Source of the DNA: Candidatus Wolfebacteria bacterium GW2011_GWA1_44_24
Lineage (GTDB): Bacteria > Patescibacteriota > Minisyncoccia > UBA6257 > UBA9933
Direction: 5' to 3'
Assembly: GCA_001001115.1 (NCBI GenBank)
Contig: LCIO01000001.1
Coordinates: forward strand, 236,710 to 300,709
Length of the DNA stretch: 64,000 nucleotides
Positions 53,726-62,515 of the stretch are shown one piece after another. The position numbers and the translations under genes were made by a program. The notes beneath the pieces were generated by a model that did no database searches, had not been told where the DNA came from, and saw only the letters and a list, made by a program, of their open reading frames with translations. Position 1 is the first letter of the stretch, and every line of letters begins with the position of its first letter.

Positions 53726-53802
53726 GACTCCTTCGGTCTCCGACTCTTCGAGTCGTTAGACTCGGAGAGAGGGAGGCATTGTATCCATTCAACTACGAGG
53801 AC
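53726..53802 (-). pseudogene. tRNA 5'-half remnant (acceptor + D arm only) followed by an 11-bp hairpin
   Basis: GTCCTCGTAGTTGAATGGATACAAT matches the first 25 nt of the adjacent tRNA-Arg at 20/25, with a compensatory D-stem change. No anticodon-stem partner or T arm follows. Confidence 0.55.
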
Positions 53803-54308
53803 AAAAACATTAATTTAATATAAACCACATCGCTCGGCGCGGGCGAGTAAGAAATTTTTTCCTCCACTTTTTTAAAAGCGTCTTTGATTTTTTTCGCCAA
53901 TTGTTTAGCCAATTGATTTTCCGTTGAAGTAACAATCAAGTTTCTTTTGTCTTTCTTAATTTCAATCAGGCGGTGCTGGGAATCGCGAGCGTAAGCTCGA
54001 CGGCCAAAAGCCTCTATTAAATGGACGAGTTCTTTTAAAAACTTGTCGGGGATGTTTAAAATGACGATTTCTCCTTCAAACTGCTTGTTTTTTATCATCT
54101 TGCAGGCCGGACAAAGCAAAAATTTTATCGCCAGATTCTCGGCAAGGTTCTTATAATGGCGAAGATTGTGGTGCCAAGATTTTTTATAGTAAACCGCGTT
54201 GCAGTTTTTACAGAAAACCAGTCCAGTTTTCCCGCGGACAAATTCATGCTCCTCGGTACGCGGCGCGTAAAATTCAATGGCTTCGGTTTTAACGATATTT
54301 TTTTTCAT
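53793..54308 (-). CDS. Zinc-ribbon protein of unknown function (resembles BCAM0308-type family from memory)
   Basis: CKNC...CPAC pairs, ...LIVTSTENQLAKQLAKKI... The last 3 codons and the stop lie inside the tRNA-like remnant. Confidence 0.45.
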   Translation of the reverse strand: MKKNIVKTEAIEFYAPRTEEHEFVRGKTGLVFCKNCNAVYYKKSWHHNLRHYKNLAENLAIKFLLCPACKMIKNKQFEGEIVILNIPDKFLKELVHLIEAFGRRAYARDSQHRLIEIKKDKRNLIVTSTENQLAKQLAKKIKDAFKKVEEKISYSPAPSDVVYIKLMFLSS

Positions 54309-55432
54309 CAGTAAACTAAGTTATATATTAACCCCGAAATAAAAACAAGAATCAAAAAATAAACGATAACCGGGTTGATTTTGCGTAAAAATCCAACCGC
54401 CGGCGCGGCTTTGAAACTTTTTTGCCACATCAAAATCACTAAAATTCCTTCCAAGCCGACAAAAACGCCGCCGGTCAGCGCCACCATCTCCAAAAAATTC
54501 TGAAAACCCAAAAAATAAAGAATTAAAGGAGAAAACGCCGCGACTAAGCCGGATAAAATATGCGGAAAATTCAAATCGTGTTCCAAACTTTTTTTGATGT
54601 CGCGGCCGATAACGATGTAGGTACTCCACAAAGAAATTATCCCCAAAACGCCCAAAACTCCGATAATTAAAAGAGGAGTTTGGCCCAACAAACCGGAAAT
54701 GGAATCTTCGGAAACTATTTTTGACAAGCCTAAAATTCCAAAAATAAACAATGTGAAAACCGCGGCCGGCGCGACGCTCCCGACAATAATCGATTTTTTT
54801 GCCAAAAGAGGCGAGAGACTGTTGTTTCGGAAATAGCCGAGCAACGCCGGAATAGCCACCCTGCCGGCCAAAGAAAATAGAATGACTCCGTACGGCAGAA
54901 AAGCGTTATTAAAATTAAAAAGCGGCGCAGTAAATATTTTTCCCAAATTTTCCGCGCCAAAAAGAAAAACTATCAAAACGATTAAGGCCGTGCCGAGAAA
55001 AATCAGAAGCTCGGAAATCGCCAATTTATTAATTCCCAAAAAAATCGCGGCTGAGCCGAAAAACCAAAAAATCAACAGTTTGTGAATATCGCTTGCTCCC
55101 GGCAAAATCAAATTAATAAAACTGATGGAGAGAATCAAATAAACGGTGAGAGAAAAAATCGCTCCCAAAATCGTCATCAGCATTCCGGACCAAAAACCAA
55201 TATCGCCGAAATAGATTCTCGCGTAGCCGGCAAAACGATGATTTTCCGAAGTTCGTAAAATAATATCCGCGTACATTAAATGAATCAGAATGGAAACCAA
55301 GCCGAAAAAAAATAAATAAAATAAACCCAAGCCAATGCCGGATTTTTGAAAAACATAAGGCAGGGCAAACATTCCGGCGCCGATAATCGTTTCAGCCAGT
55401 AAGCCGGCCGGCAGAATAAAATTCTTATACAT
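54308..55432 (-). CDS. Amino-acid transporter-like polytopic membrane protein
   Basis: 374 aa, ~11 TM helices, N-terminal GAGMFALPY motif typical of aromatic/amino-acid permease families. Confidence 0.55.
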   Translation of the reverse strand: MYKNFILPAGLLAETIIGAGMFALPYVFQKSGIGLGLFYLFFFGLVSILIHLMYADIILRTSENHRFAGYARIYFGDIGFWSGMLMTILGAIFSLTVYLILSISFINLILPGASDIHKLLIFWFFGSAAIFLGINKLAISELLIFLGTALIVLIVFLFGAENLGKIFTAPLFNFNNAFLPYGVILFSLAGRVAIPALLGYFRNNSLSPLLAKKSIIVGSVAPAAVFTLFIFGILGLSKIVSEDSISGLLGQTPLLIIGVLGVLGIISLWSTYIVIGRDIKKSLEHDLNFPHILSGLVAAFSPLILYFLGFQNFLEMVALTGGVFVGLEGILVILMWQKSFKAAPAVGFLRKINPVIVYFLILVFISGLIYNLVY

Positions 55433-55438
55433 ATATAA

Positions 55439-55684
55439 TTAAACGGCGTAAATTTTGTCTCCCTCTCTCACCTTTTCGCCGACCTTAATCCCAACCTCCT
55501 GTCCTTTTTTGGCGCTTTCAATGTCTTTGTGGTCGTACTGTATCGATTCAATGGTTTGGGTGAAATCCGTGTGAGCGCCCTTTAAATGGACGGTTTCTCC
55601 GATTTTTACCGCCTGATTGAATTTCGCGATTGCCACGCCCAGATGGCCGTAATAATGAGTGATTTCACCGATTGGTTTTTCCAT
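55439..55684 (-). CDS. Translation-elongation-factor-domain-II-like small beta-barrel protein
   Basis: 81 aa. IGEITHYYGHLGVAIAKF...GETVHLKG...GQEVGIKVGEKVREGDKIY. Confidence 0.55.
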   Translation of the reverse strand: MEKPIGEITHYYGHLGVAIAKFNQAVKIGETVHLKGAHTDFTQTIESIQYDHKDIESAKKGQEVGIKVGEKVREGDKIYAV

Positions 55685-55726
55685 AAAGCGTTCGCTAATT
55701 AGCGATTACTTCGCGACCTTTAGTTT

Positions 55727-56320
55727 TCAGTGATTGTGGTTGTTTTCTTTTTCTTTTTTAATTATATCCGCCAGTTTATCCAAAAGCGTTTTGGGGTCAG
55801 CAGCAAAAACAATTTTTCCCTCCATTTCTTTGGCCCGGTGGGATTTTTCAATCAAAGTTTTGAAAAGTTCGTCTGTTTCCCATTCCCCCTGCAAAATGCC
55901 AATGGGCTTTTTGTCTTCAAAAGTAATGGTGAATTCATTTAACGTGCCCATCCGGCCGCAGCCGAAAATCACGGCGTCGGCCGATCTCACCAAAAGCAAA
56001 TTTCTGCCCGAATAATTAAAGCCGGTATAAATGATTAAATCATGATAATCGGTGGGCAGCTGAAAATCTTTAATGTGTTCTTTTTCGGTGGCAGCCGGAG
56101 ACAAACCAACCACGATGCCTCCCTCAGCTTTGGCGCCTTTGGCGGCCCAGTAAGGGAAGCCGGTAGTGGCGCCGGTTACCAAAACTGCGTCATGCCGGAC
56201 AATTTCTTTTCCCAATTCTTCGGCAATATTAAAAGCCGTTTGTCCGCAATGGCCGGTTTCCGCCGCGCCGGAAACGCAGATTTTATATTTATAAGTTGTA
56301 TGACAAATATTATTATCCAT
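55727..56320 (-). CDS. TIGR00725/LOG-like (Rossmann SLOG) family protein
   Basis: ICVSGAAETGHCG...AVLVTGATTGFPYWAAKGAKAEGG...GTLNEF. Confidence 0.65.
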   Translation of the reverse strand: MDNNICHTTYKYKICVSGAAETGHCGQTAFNIAEELGKEIVRHDAVLVTGATTGFPYWAAKGAKAEGGIVVGLSPAATEKEHIKDFQLPTDYHDLIIYTGFNYSGRNLLLVRSADAVIFGCGRMGTLNEFTITFEDKKPIGILQGEWETDELFKTLIEKSHRAKEMEGKIVFAADPKTLLDKLADIIKKEKENNHNH

Positions 56321-56328
56321 CCAAAAAA

Positions 56329-57696
56329 TTATAACACAACCGCGTCTCCCATTGAAGGCACAATCGCCTCAACCGCCAAGTCGTCCATAATTTTGCCAGC
56401 CAAAGGCAAAGACTGGTCTTCTTCTCCCTGGACCACAAAAACTTTTTTTAATGATTTTTCGGCCGACCTCAGCCACTTCAACAGTTTTAAACTGTCGGCG
56501 TGAGCCGAATAACCTCCGATATTTTCTTTCCGGCAATTAACCGAAACTTCTTCGCCAAAAATTTTCACTTTTTTCTCTCCGTCCAAAATCCGCCGGCCCA
56601 AAGAATCTTTTGACTGATAACCGATGAATAAAATGGCGCTTTTGTGGTCGGGCAAATAACGAAATTCATGATGAAGAATTCTGCCGCCCTGAGACATTCC
56701 GCTGCCGGCGATAATGATTTTCGGCGGCGGCACGCCGTTGATTTCTTTTGACTGTTCGGTGGTTAAAGAGAATTTTAATCCCGGAAAGTCAAAAATGGCG
56801 TCTCCTTTGCGCATCAAAGCCAGGGATTCCTTGTCGAAATAATCCGAATCTTGGGAATATTTCTTATAAATCGCGGTAAGTTTAATGGCCAGCGGACTGT
56901 CGATAAAAATCGGAACTCGCGGAATACGGCCGTTTTCCACAAGTTCATTAAGTTCATAAAGCAAGTCCTGCGTCCGTTCCATGGCAAAAGCCGGAATCAT
57001 CAACGTTCCGCCGGCCTCTATCGTATCTTCGATCACGTCTTCTAAAATGTCTTTTCTTCTTTCCAAATCTTCGTGGACTCTATTGCCGTAAGTTGATTCA
57101 ATAACCGCGTAATCGACAGCCGGAAGATTTTCTGTGTCTCTGACAATCGGAGTGGCAACATTGCCCAAGTCGCCGGAAAAAGCGATTTTTTTGCCGTCAA
57201 CGGCAACAACGATGAAGCTTGAGCCAAGAATATGGCCGGCGTCAAAAAATTCTATCTCAATCCCGCCCTGGGCAGAGCCAATTCGAAATTTTTGGCGATA
57301 CCTGATTGTTTTCCAAAGCTCCATTGTTTTATTGATGTCTTCAAGAGAGTAAAGCGCTGGCATCTTTTTTTCTTCGGCTTCCTTATTCAAAAGATGCTCG
57401 GAATCAATCAAAAGATGTTCGGCAAAATTTTTGGTCGGCGCCGTAGAAAAAATTTCTCCTCTGAAGCCGTCTTTATAAAGTTTCGGCAAACGACCGGTGT
57501 GGTCTATATGAGCGTGAGTAATCAAAACCGCGTCAATGATTTTCGGATCATAGGGAAACGGCTCGAAATTGTGACGCTCGCAAAAACTCGAACCCTGAAA
57601 AAGCCCGCAATCGATCAAAATTTTCGCGTTTTCGCTTTCCAATAAATAATTGGCGCCGGTTACCGTCCGGGCCGCGCCGTAAAAAGTCAGTTTCAT
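56329..57696 (-). CDS. MBL-fold beta-CASP RNA-metabolising hydrolase (CPSF73-like)
   Basis: ITHAHIDHTG motif, beta-CASP insert, C-terminal RMMBL-like region. 455 aa. Confidence 0.8.
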   Translation of the reverse strand: MKLTFYGAARTVTGANYLLESENAKILIDCGLFQGSSFCERHNFEPFPYDPKIIDAVLITHAHIDHTGRLPKLYKDGFRGEIFSTAPTKNFAEHLLIDSEHLLNKEAEEKKMPALYSLEDINKTMELWKTIRYRQKFRIGSAQGGIEIEFFDAGHILGSSFIVVAVDGKKIAFSGDLGNVATPIVRDTENLPAVDYAVIESTYGNRVHEDLERRKDILEDVIEDTIEAGGTLMIPAFAMERTQDLLYELNELVENGRIPRVPIFIDSPLAIKLTAIYKKYSQDSDYFDKESLALMRKGDAIFDFPGLKFSLTTEQSKEINGVPPPKIIIAGSGMSQGGRILHHEFRYLPDHKSAILFIGYQSKDSLGRRILDGEKKVKIFGEEVSVNCRKENIGGYSAHADSLKLLKWLRSAEKSLKKVFVVQGEEDQSLPLAGKIMDDLAVEAIVPSMGDAVVL

Positions 57697-58148
57697 AAAT
57701 AAATTATTCTTTCATTTTCCCTTTTCCCGTGTTCAAATTTTATCTTAATTATATTTTTGGGTAAATACCTTTTAACTACTTCCGGCCATTCAATCAAAAC
57801 AATGTTCTGCGGATTGTTTAAAATTTCTTTTAATCCCAATTCCAGCAGTTCTTTGGGTTTGTGAAGGCGATAATAATCAATATGATAAATATTTTTAAAT
57901 CTTAAATTTTTGATCTTAAATCTTTTTGCCAGTACAAAAGTCGGACTGGTTATTTTTTTTCTGATTCCCGCGCCCCTCATAAATCCTTGGACAAAAGTTG
58001 TTTTGCCCGTTCCCAAATGGCCGCTTAAAGCCAAAACCAGAGCAGCTTTGCCGGAAAATTTCGTTTTAAGGATTTCTCGGGCCAGTAAGGCGGCGAATTT
58101 TTTAGTCTTAATGAAACCGTTGGATTCTATCGAGCTATATTTAACCAT
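57693..58148 (-). CDS. tsaE: tRNA t6A biosynthesis ATPase TsaE
   Basis: LSGHLGTGKTTFVQG P-loop, HIDYYRL, 151 aa. Confidence 0.8.
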   Translation of the reverse strand: MVKYSSIESNGFIKTKKFAALLAREILKTKFSGKAALVLALSGHLGTGKTTFVQGFMRGAGIRKKITSPTFVLAKRFKIKNLRFKNIYHIDYYRLHKPKELLELGLKEILNNPQNIVLIEWPEVVKRYLPKNIIKIKFEHGKRENERIIYL

Positions 58149-59128
58149 TTATAAGTCTCTTCTGTTGCCATCCTGCCGATCGGCGTTCTCTGAAGAAAAC
58201 CGATTTTTATCAAATAGGGCTCGTAAACTTCTTCAATAACTCCTTTTTCTTCGCCCAAGGCCGCGGTCAAGGCGTTGACTCCCACCGGTCCACCCCCAAA
58301 TTTCTCAATTATCATTTTCAAAAGATGGCGGTCGTAGGATTCCAGTCCCATTTCGTCAATTTCCAAAATTTTAAAAGTTTCCGAGACAATCTCTTTGTCA
58401 ATAATTTTTAAATTTCTCATCTCGGCAAAATCTCTTGAACGCTTAAGCAAACGGTTAGCCAAGCGGGGAGTGAAGCGCGACGCCCTAGCAATGGCTGAAA
58501 CCGCTTCCGAAGCGATTTCAAAACCAAGGATTTTGGCCGAGCGCTCGACAATCGCTTCGATGTCTTGTTTTTCATAATAATCAAATCTGAAAATCGCGCC
58601 AAAACGCGAACGCAAAGGAGGAGAAATTAAATTAACCCGGGTGGTGGCGCAAATCAGAGTAAAATAAGGCAAGTCCAGGGAAATCGCCCTTGCCGAAGGG
58701 CCCTTGCCGAGAGTCAAATGAATTTTCCTCTCGTCAATGGCTGAATAAAATAATTCTTCAACGGGCCTCGGTACCCGATGAGCTTCATCAATAAACAAAA
58801 TGTCTTTTTCTTCCAAGTTGGATAAAATGGCCGCCAAATCGCCGATTCGGCTTAAACTCGGCCCCGAGACAACCCGCAAATTACTTTTGCTCTCTGCGGC
58901 GATTAAATGAGCCAGAGTGGTTTTCCCCAGTCCCGGCTGGCCGTAGAATAACAAATGATCGAATGGTTCGTTTCTTTTATTAGCGGCCTCCAAAATTATT
59001 TTCAGGCCTTTTTTAATTCTTTTCTGGCCGATATAATCATTCCAAGAAAAAGGCCTCAATACAGCATCGAGAGATTGGTCATCTTTCGGTTTTTGATTCC
59101 TTGTTTTCTTAATATTGACTTTTTTCAT
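58127..59128 (-). CDS. ruvB: Holliday junction branch migration helicase RuvB
   Basis: LRP..W.DYIGQ, GQPGLGKTTLA, FIDEAHR, sensor and winged-helix C-terminus. Confidence 0.95.
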   Translation of the reverse strand: MKKVNIKKTRNQKPKDDQSLDAVLRPFSWNDYIGQKRIKKGLKIILEAANKRNEPFDHLLFYGQPGLGKTTLAHLIAAESKSNLRVVSGPSLSRIGDLAAILSNLEEKDILFIDEAHRVPRPVEELFYSAIDERKIHLTLGKGPSARAISLDLPYFTLICATTRVNLISPPLRSRFGAIFRFDYYEKQDIEAIVERSAKILGFEIASEAVSAIARASRFTPRLANRLLKRSRDFAEMRNLKIIDKEIVSETFKILEIDEMGLESYDRHLLKMIIEKFGGGPVGVNALTAALGEEKGVIEEVYEPYLIKIGFLQRTPIGRMATEETYKWLNIAR

Positions 59129-59143
59129 AAAGTATGCTATGTT
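59115..59143 (+). promoter_or_regulatory. Promoter TTGACT-N17-TATGTT pointing into the pilB-ruvB spacer (antisense to ruvB start)
   Basis: TTGACT 59115-59120, 17-nt spacer, TATGTT 59138-59143. The predicted +1 (~59150) sits at the foot of the 19-bp helix. Confidence 0.5.
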
Positions 59144-59149
59144 GTTGAT

Positions 59150-59302
59150 AACCGTCTGACCCTGTGGGCAAATTAGGAATTGTTTTTAGTTTTCGGACGA
59201 TTCGGCTCCGGCTGGGTCTATCCTCGGAACAATTCTTGACCTTGCGGGATTTATCTCCCGCGAGACTTTAACCAATGTGCCCACAGAGTCAGGCGGTTTT
59301 TT
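59150..59302 (+). ncRNA. Candidate ~150-nt structured sRNA (three-way junction closed by a 19-bp helix, ending in U6)
   Basis: CCGTCTGACCCTGTGGGCA (59152-59170) pairs with TGCCCACAGAGTCAGGCGG (59278-59296). Internal helices AGGAATTGTT/AACAATTCTT and GCGGGA-tttatc-TCCCGC. TTTTTT at 59297-59302. Confidence 0.5.
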
Positions 59303-61028
59303 ATTGCCACGCTATCGATCCGGTCGCCGATTCCACTTCCTCAAAAGAAGTGAAGCCGGAAATTATTTTCAAAATACCATCCTGCTGCATAGTTACCATT
59401 TCCTGATTCAGGGCGAATCTTTCAATCGCTGATTCCGGAGCTCCGGCCAAAATCAAATCCTCCAACTCTTTACGAGAGGAAAGGTCGCGATGAGCCGGAT
59501 TAATAAGCAATTTTTCATACTCCGGGTCGTTTAATAATAATTCATAAATTCCGATTCGGCCAAGATAACCGGAGTTATTACATTTTAAGCATCCTTTCGG
59601 CTGATAAATTTTAATTTCTTTGAAATTGTCCCGGCTGACTCTTCTCGGCAATTTATCAAAGAATTTCTCGATTTTGTTTTTAAGTTCGGGGTTGGTCTCT
59701 TGGGGACTTTTACAAAACCGGCACAAGCGGCGAACCAGTCTTTGGGCGATTATCAAATTCAGCGCCGGCCCGATGCTGGACGGCTTAACGCCCAAATCAA
59801 GCAGCCGAGGAACGACGCCCGAAGCCGAATTGGCGTGAACCGTTGAAAAAACCAAATGTCCGGTCAGGGCGGCTTGAATACCGATTTCCGCTGTTTCTTT
59901 GTCGCGCATTTCGCCGACTAAAATAACGTCTGGGTCCTGACGCATTAAAGAACGTAAACCGTTGGCAAAAGTGTACCCCGCCCCTTCGTCAACCTGGGTC
60001 TGTTCAATCCCTTCCAAATGATACTCAATCGGATCTTCAATGGCGATGATTTTTATGGTCGGGCTTTTTTTATATTTAAGGAAAGCGTAAAGGGTGGTGG
60101 TTTTGCCGGCGCCGGTCGGTCCGGCGTTTAAAATCATGCCGTTGGGCCTTTTCAATTCGGTTTTAATAATTTCTAAATCGTCTTCCCTGATCCCCAAATC
60201 CGACAGGGTTAAGTTGACGACTTCCGGGTCAAGCAAACGCATTACCGCCACTTCCCCGAATTCCGAAGGCGCGATCGCCACCCTGACTTCGATTTTTTTA
60301 TCAGGGAAAGAAATGCTGAATCGGCCGTCTTGCGGTTTGTTGCGAATATTAATTTTCAGATCGGAAAGCAATTTGACGCGCGAAAGCAATCGGGAATAAA
60401 AATCGCGCCCAAAATTTTCAAACGCGTCGTGCAAAATGCCGTCAATTCTAATTCTTAATTTCACCCTATCTTCAAGCGGCTCAAAATGAACATCCGATGC
60501 CCGCAAGACAAGCGCGCCGAACAAAACAATTTCAAAAATTTTGCCCAACTCATCATTAAGAAAATCAATTGAGCCAAGTGCTTCGGTAAAATTTTTAACC
60601 GAAACCAATTTCTCTTTAAGTTTTAAGAATTTGTCCGTCTGAATTTCAATTTTGCCGGTGATTTGCTTTTGACGCTCGGAAATAAAGCGGTAAAAATCAA
60701 AAGCGCGGGAAAGGCCGCTTAAAGAAGCGGTAAAAAGCCGAATTTCAAACCCCTGGGACTTCAGTTTTTTAGTCAATTCTTTGACTAAAAACGAGTCGGG
60801 GTCCGCGGCCGCTATAAATAATTTTTTTTCTTTAATATCAACGGCAACAATTTGCGTCTTTTTGGCGATTTCCTTAGAAATCAATCCCAGCGCTTCAGTA
60901 TTAATGGGTAAGGCCGACAAATCAATATAGGGATGGCCACTTTTTTGAGCTCTTCTTTGAGCGTCTCGCTCTTCGGCTTGGCGCCGCAAATTAGTCAATT
61001 TTTGCTGAAGATTAGAACCTGGCAACAT
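59301..61028 (-). CDS. pilB: Type II/IV secretion ATPase (GspE/PilB family)
   Basis: N-terminal T2SSE_N domain, GPTGAGKTTT Walker A, Asp and His boxes, tetracysteine CRFC...CLKC. Start set to ATG 61028. Confidence 0.88.
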   Translation of the reverse strand: MLPGSNLQQKLTNLRRQAEERDAQRRAQKSGHPYIDLSALPINTEALGLISKEIAKKTQIVAVDIKEKKLFIAAADPDSFLVKELTKKLKSQGFEIRLFTASLSGLSRAFDFYRFISERQKQITGKIEIQTDKFLKLKEKLVSVKNFTEALGSIDFLNDELGKIFEIVLFGALVLRASDVHFEPLEDRVKLRIRIDGILHDAFENFGRDFYSRLLSRVKLLSDLKINIRNKPQDGRFSISFPDKKIEVRVAIAPSEFGEVAVMRLLDPEVVNLTLSDLGIREDDLEIIKTELKRPNGMILNAGPTGAGKTTTLYAFLKYKKSPTIKIIAIEDPIEYHLEGIEQTQVDEGAGYTFANGLRSLMRQDPDVILVGEMRDKETAEIGIQAALTGHLVFSTVHANSASGVVPRLLDLGVKPSSIGPALNLIIAQRLVRRLCRFCKSPQETNPELKNKIEKFFDKLPRRVSRDNFKEIKIYQPKGCLKCNNSGYLGRIGIYELLLNDPEYEKLLINPAHRDLSSRKELEDLILAGAPESAIERFALNQEMVTMQQDGILKIISGFTSFEEVESATGSIAWQ

Positions 61029-61035
61029 TGATAAT

Positions 61036-61041
61036 ATTATA
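61036..61041 (-). promoter_or_regulatory. -10 box TATAAT 7 nt upstream of pilB ATG (leaderless geometry)
   Basis: Minus strand gttaTATAATattatcaATGttgcc. Confidence 0.4.
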
Positions 61042-61159
61042 TAACAGAAATAGTTTTCCACAACTAATTCACAGATTCTTGGTTTCGCGTCATTTGACTA
61101 AATCTATAATCAAAATAAAATAGGGATAATCGTTTGCAAAATAAAAATTTAAAACAACC

Positions 61160-62515
61160 ATGAACTCCGAACAACTCTGGGAAACAACTTTATCGGAACT
61201 TGAACTCCAAATCTCGCGAGCCAACTTTCTGACTTGGCTTAAAAACAGCCGCTTGCTCGAAAAAAAAGACGGTGGAGAAGTTTTGATCGGCCTGGCGAAT
61301 AATTTTGCCAAAGAATGGGTGGAAAATAAATATCACAAGATGATTTTTGAGATACTTAAAAACCATGACGACTCCGTTAAAAAAATTGAATATACGGTTG
61401 TCGGCTCAAAAATATCTTTTTCGGAAAAAAATTTTTCAGAGAACAAAGAACGTCAACCAACTCTTCCGGAATTCAAAGTTGATCCCGAGACGGGACTGCA
61501 CCCCCGATACGTTTTAAATTCGTTCGTTGTCGGCTCTTCCAACGAGCTAGCTTACGCGGCCAGTCTCGCGGTTGTTAAAAATGTAGGATCAAAATATAAT
61601 CCGCTTTTTATTTATGGCGGCACCGGCCTCGGCAAAACCCACCTGATTCAGGCCATCGGCAATGAAATTAAAAAAATTTATAAAAATAAAGTTAAGGTTA
61701 AATATGTGCATTGCGAAAAATTCGTCAATGAAGTGGTTAGCGGCATTCGCAATAAAAGAATGGAGGATATTAAAGATAGATATCGCAGTATTGATGTTTT
61801 AATTATTGACGACATTCAATTCATCGGCGGCAAAGAAAGAAGTGAGGAAGAATTTTTCCACACCTTCAACGTTTTGCATGAAAATAACAAACAAATCATT
61901 ATTTCCTCCGACCGGCCGCCGGCCTCTTTGCCGACGCTTCACGAACGGCTGCGTTCGCGTTTTGAGGGCGGAATGGCCGCGGACATCACTTACCCGGACT
62001 TTGAAACGCGAATGGCTATTATTAAAACCAAGTTGGCGGAAATAAAAGGCGATTTGCCGGATAATATCTGCCAAATTATCGCTTCCCGGGTGCAAAGAAA
62101 CATTAGAGAAATTGAGGGAATTTTGAATAAAATCTTGTTTTATGGAGAAACAAAACGCATCGGGTTGGATTCTAAAACAGTTGAAGAAATAATCGACAAC
62201 ACCATCAAGCGGGTGGATAAAAAGGTGACTCCCAATCAAATAATTGGGGCGGTGGCTAATTTTTTTGAAGTTTTGCCCGAAGATATCTCTAACCACTCTC
62301 GCCGGAAAAAAGTGATTGAACCGAGGCAAATTTCTATTTTCCTGCTTCGGGAAATATTGGGGATGTCTTATCCGGATATTGGGGAAAAAATAGGGAAAAG
62401 AGACCACACCACCGCCATTCACTCTTATGAGAAAATTTTAAGGGAAACCAACAAAAATCAACCGTTAAACCAAAAAATCGCGCTAATAAAAGAATTAATT
62501 TACGAAAATCAATAA
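61160..62515 (+). CDS. dnaA: Chromosomal replication initiator DnaA
   Basis: GGTGLGKTHL Walker A, IIDDIQF, box VII, C-terminal DNA-binding helix (DHTTAIHSYEKI). Confidence 0.97.
   Translation: MNSEQLWETTLSELELQISRANFLTWLKNSRLLEKKDGGEVLIGLANNFAKEWVENKYHKMIFEILKNHDDSVKKIEYTVVGSKISFSEKNFSENKERQPTLPEFKVDPETGLHPRYVLNSFVVGSSNELAYAASLAVVKNVGSKYNPLFIYGGTGLGKTHLIQAIGNEIKKIYKNKVKVKYVHCEKFVNEVVSGIRNKRMEDIKDRYRSIDVLIIDDIQFIGGKERSEEEFFHTFNVLHENNKQIIISSDRPPASLPTLHERLRSRFEGGMAADITYPDFETRMAIIKTKLAEIKGDLPDNICQIIASRVQRNIREIEGILNKILFYGETKRIGLDSKTVEEIIDNTIKRVDKKVTPNQIIGAVANFFEVLPEDISNHSRRKKVIEPRQISIFLLREILGMSYPDIGEKIGKRDHTTAIHSYEKILRETNKNQPLNQKIALIKELIYENQ

Noticed and set aside
53468-53802. Group I intron with a GIY-YIG homing endonuclease interrupting a tRNA anticodon loop
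   Set aside because: Only 2 nt separate the ORF stop from the next tRNA, so there is no room for an intron catalytic core or a 3' exon. The downstream tRNA-Arg(CCG) is complete on its own. The upstream fragment lacks an anticodon stem.
59152-59296. Identifying the structured spacer RNA as SRP (4.5S) RNA
   Set aside because: On either strand there is no GNRA (GGAA) apical tetraloop and no helix-8 consensus (GGUCC-GGAA-GGAAGCAGCC-like). The fold looks like a three-way junction rather than a single long hairpin.
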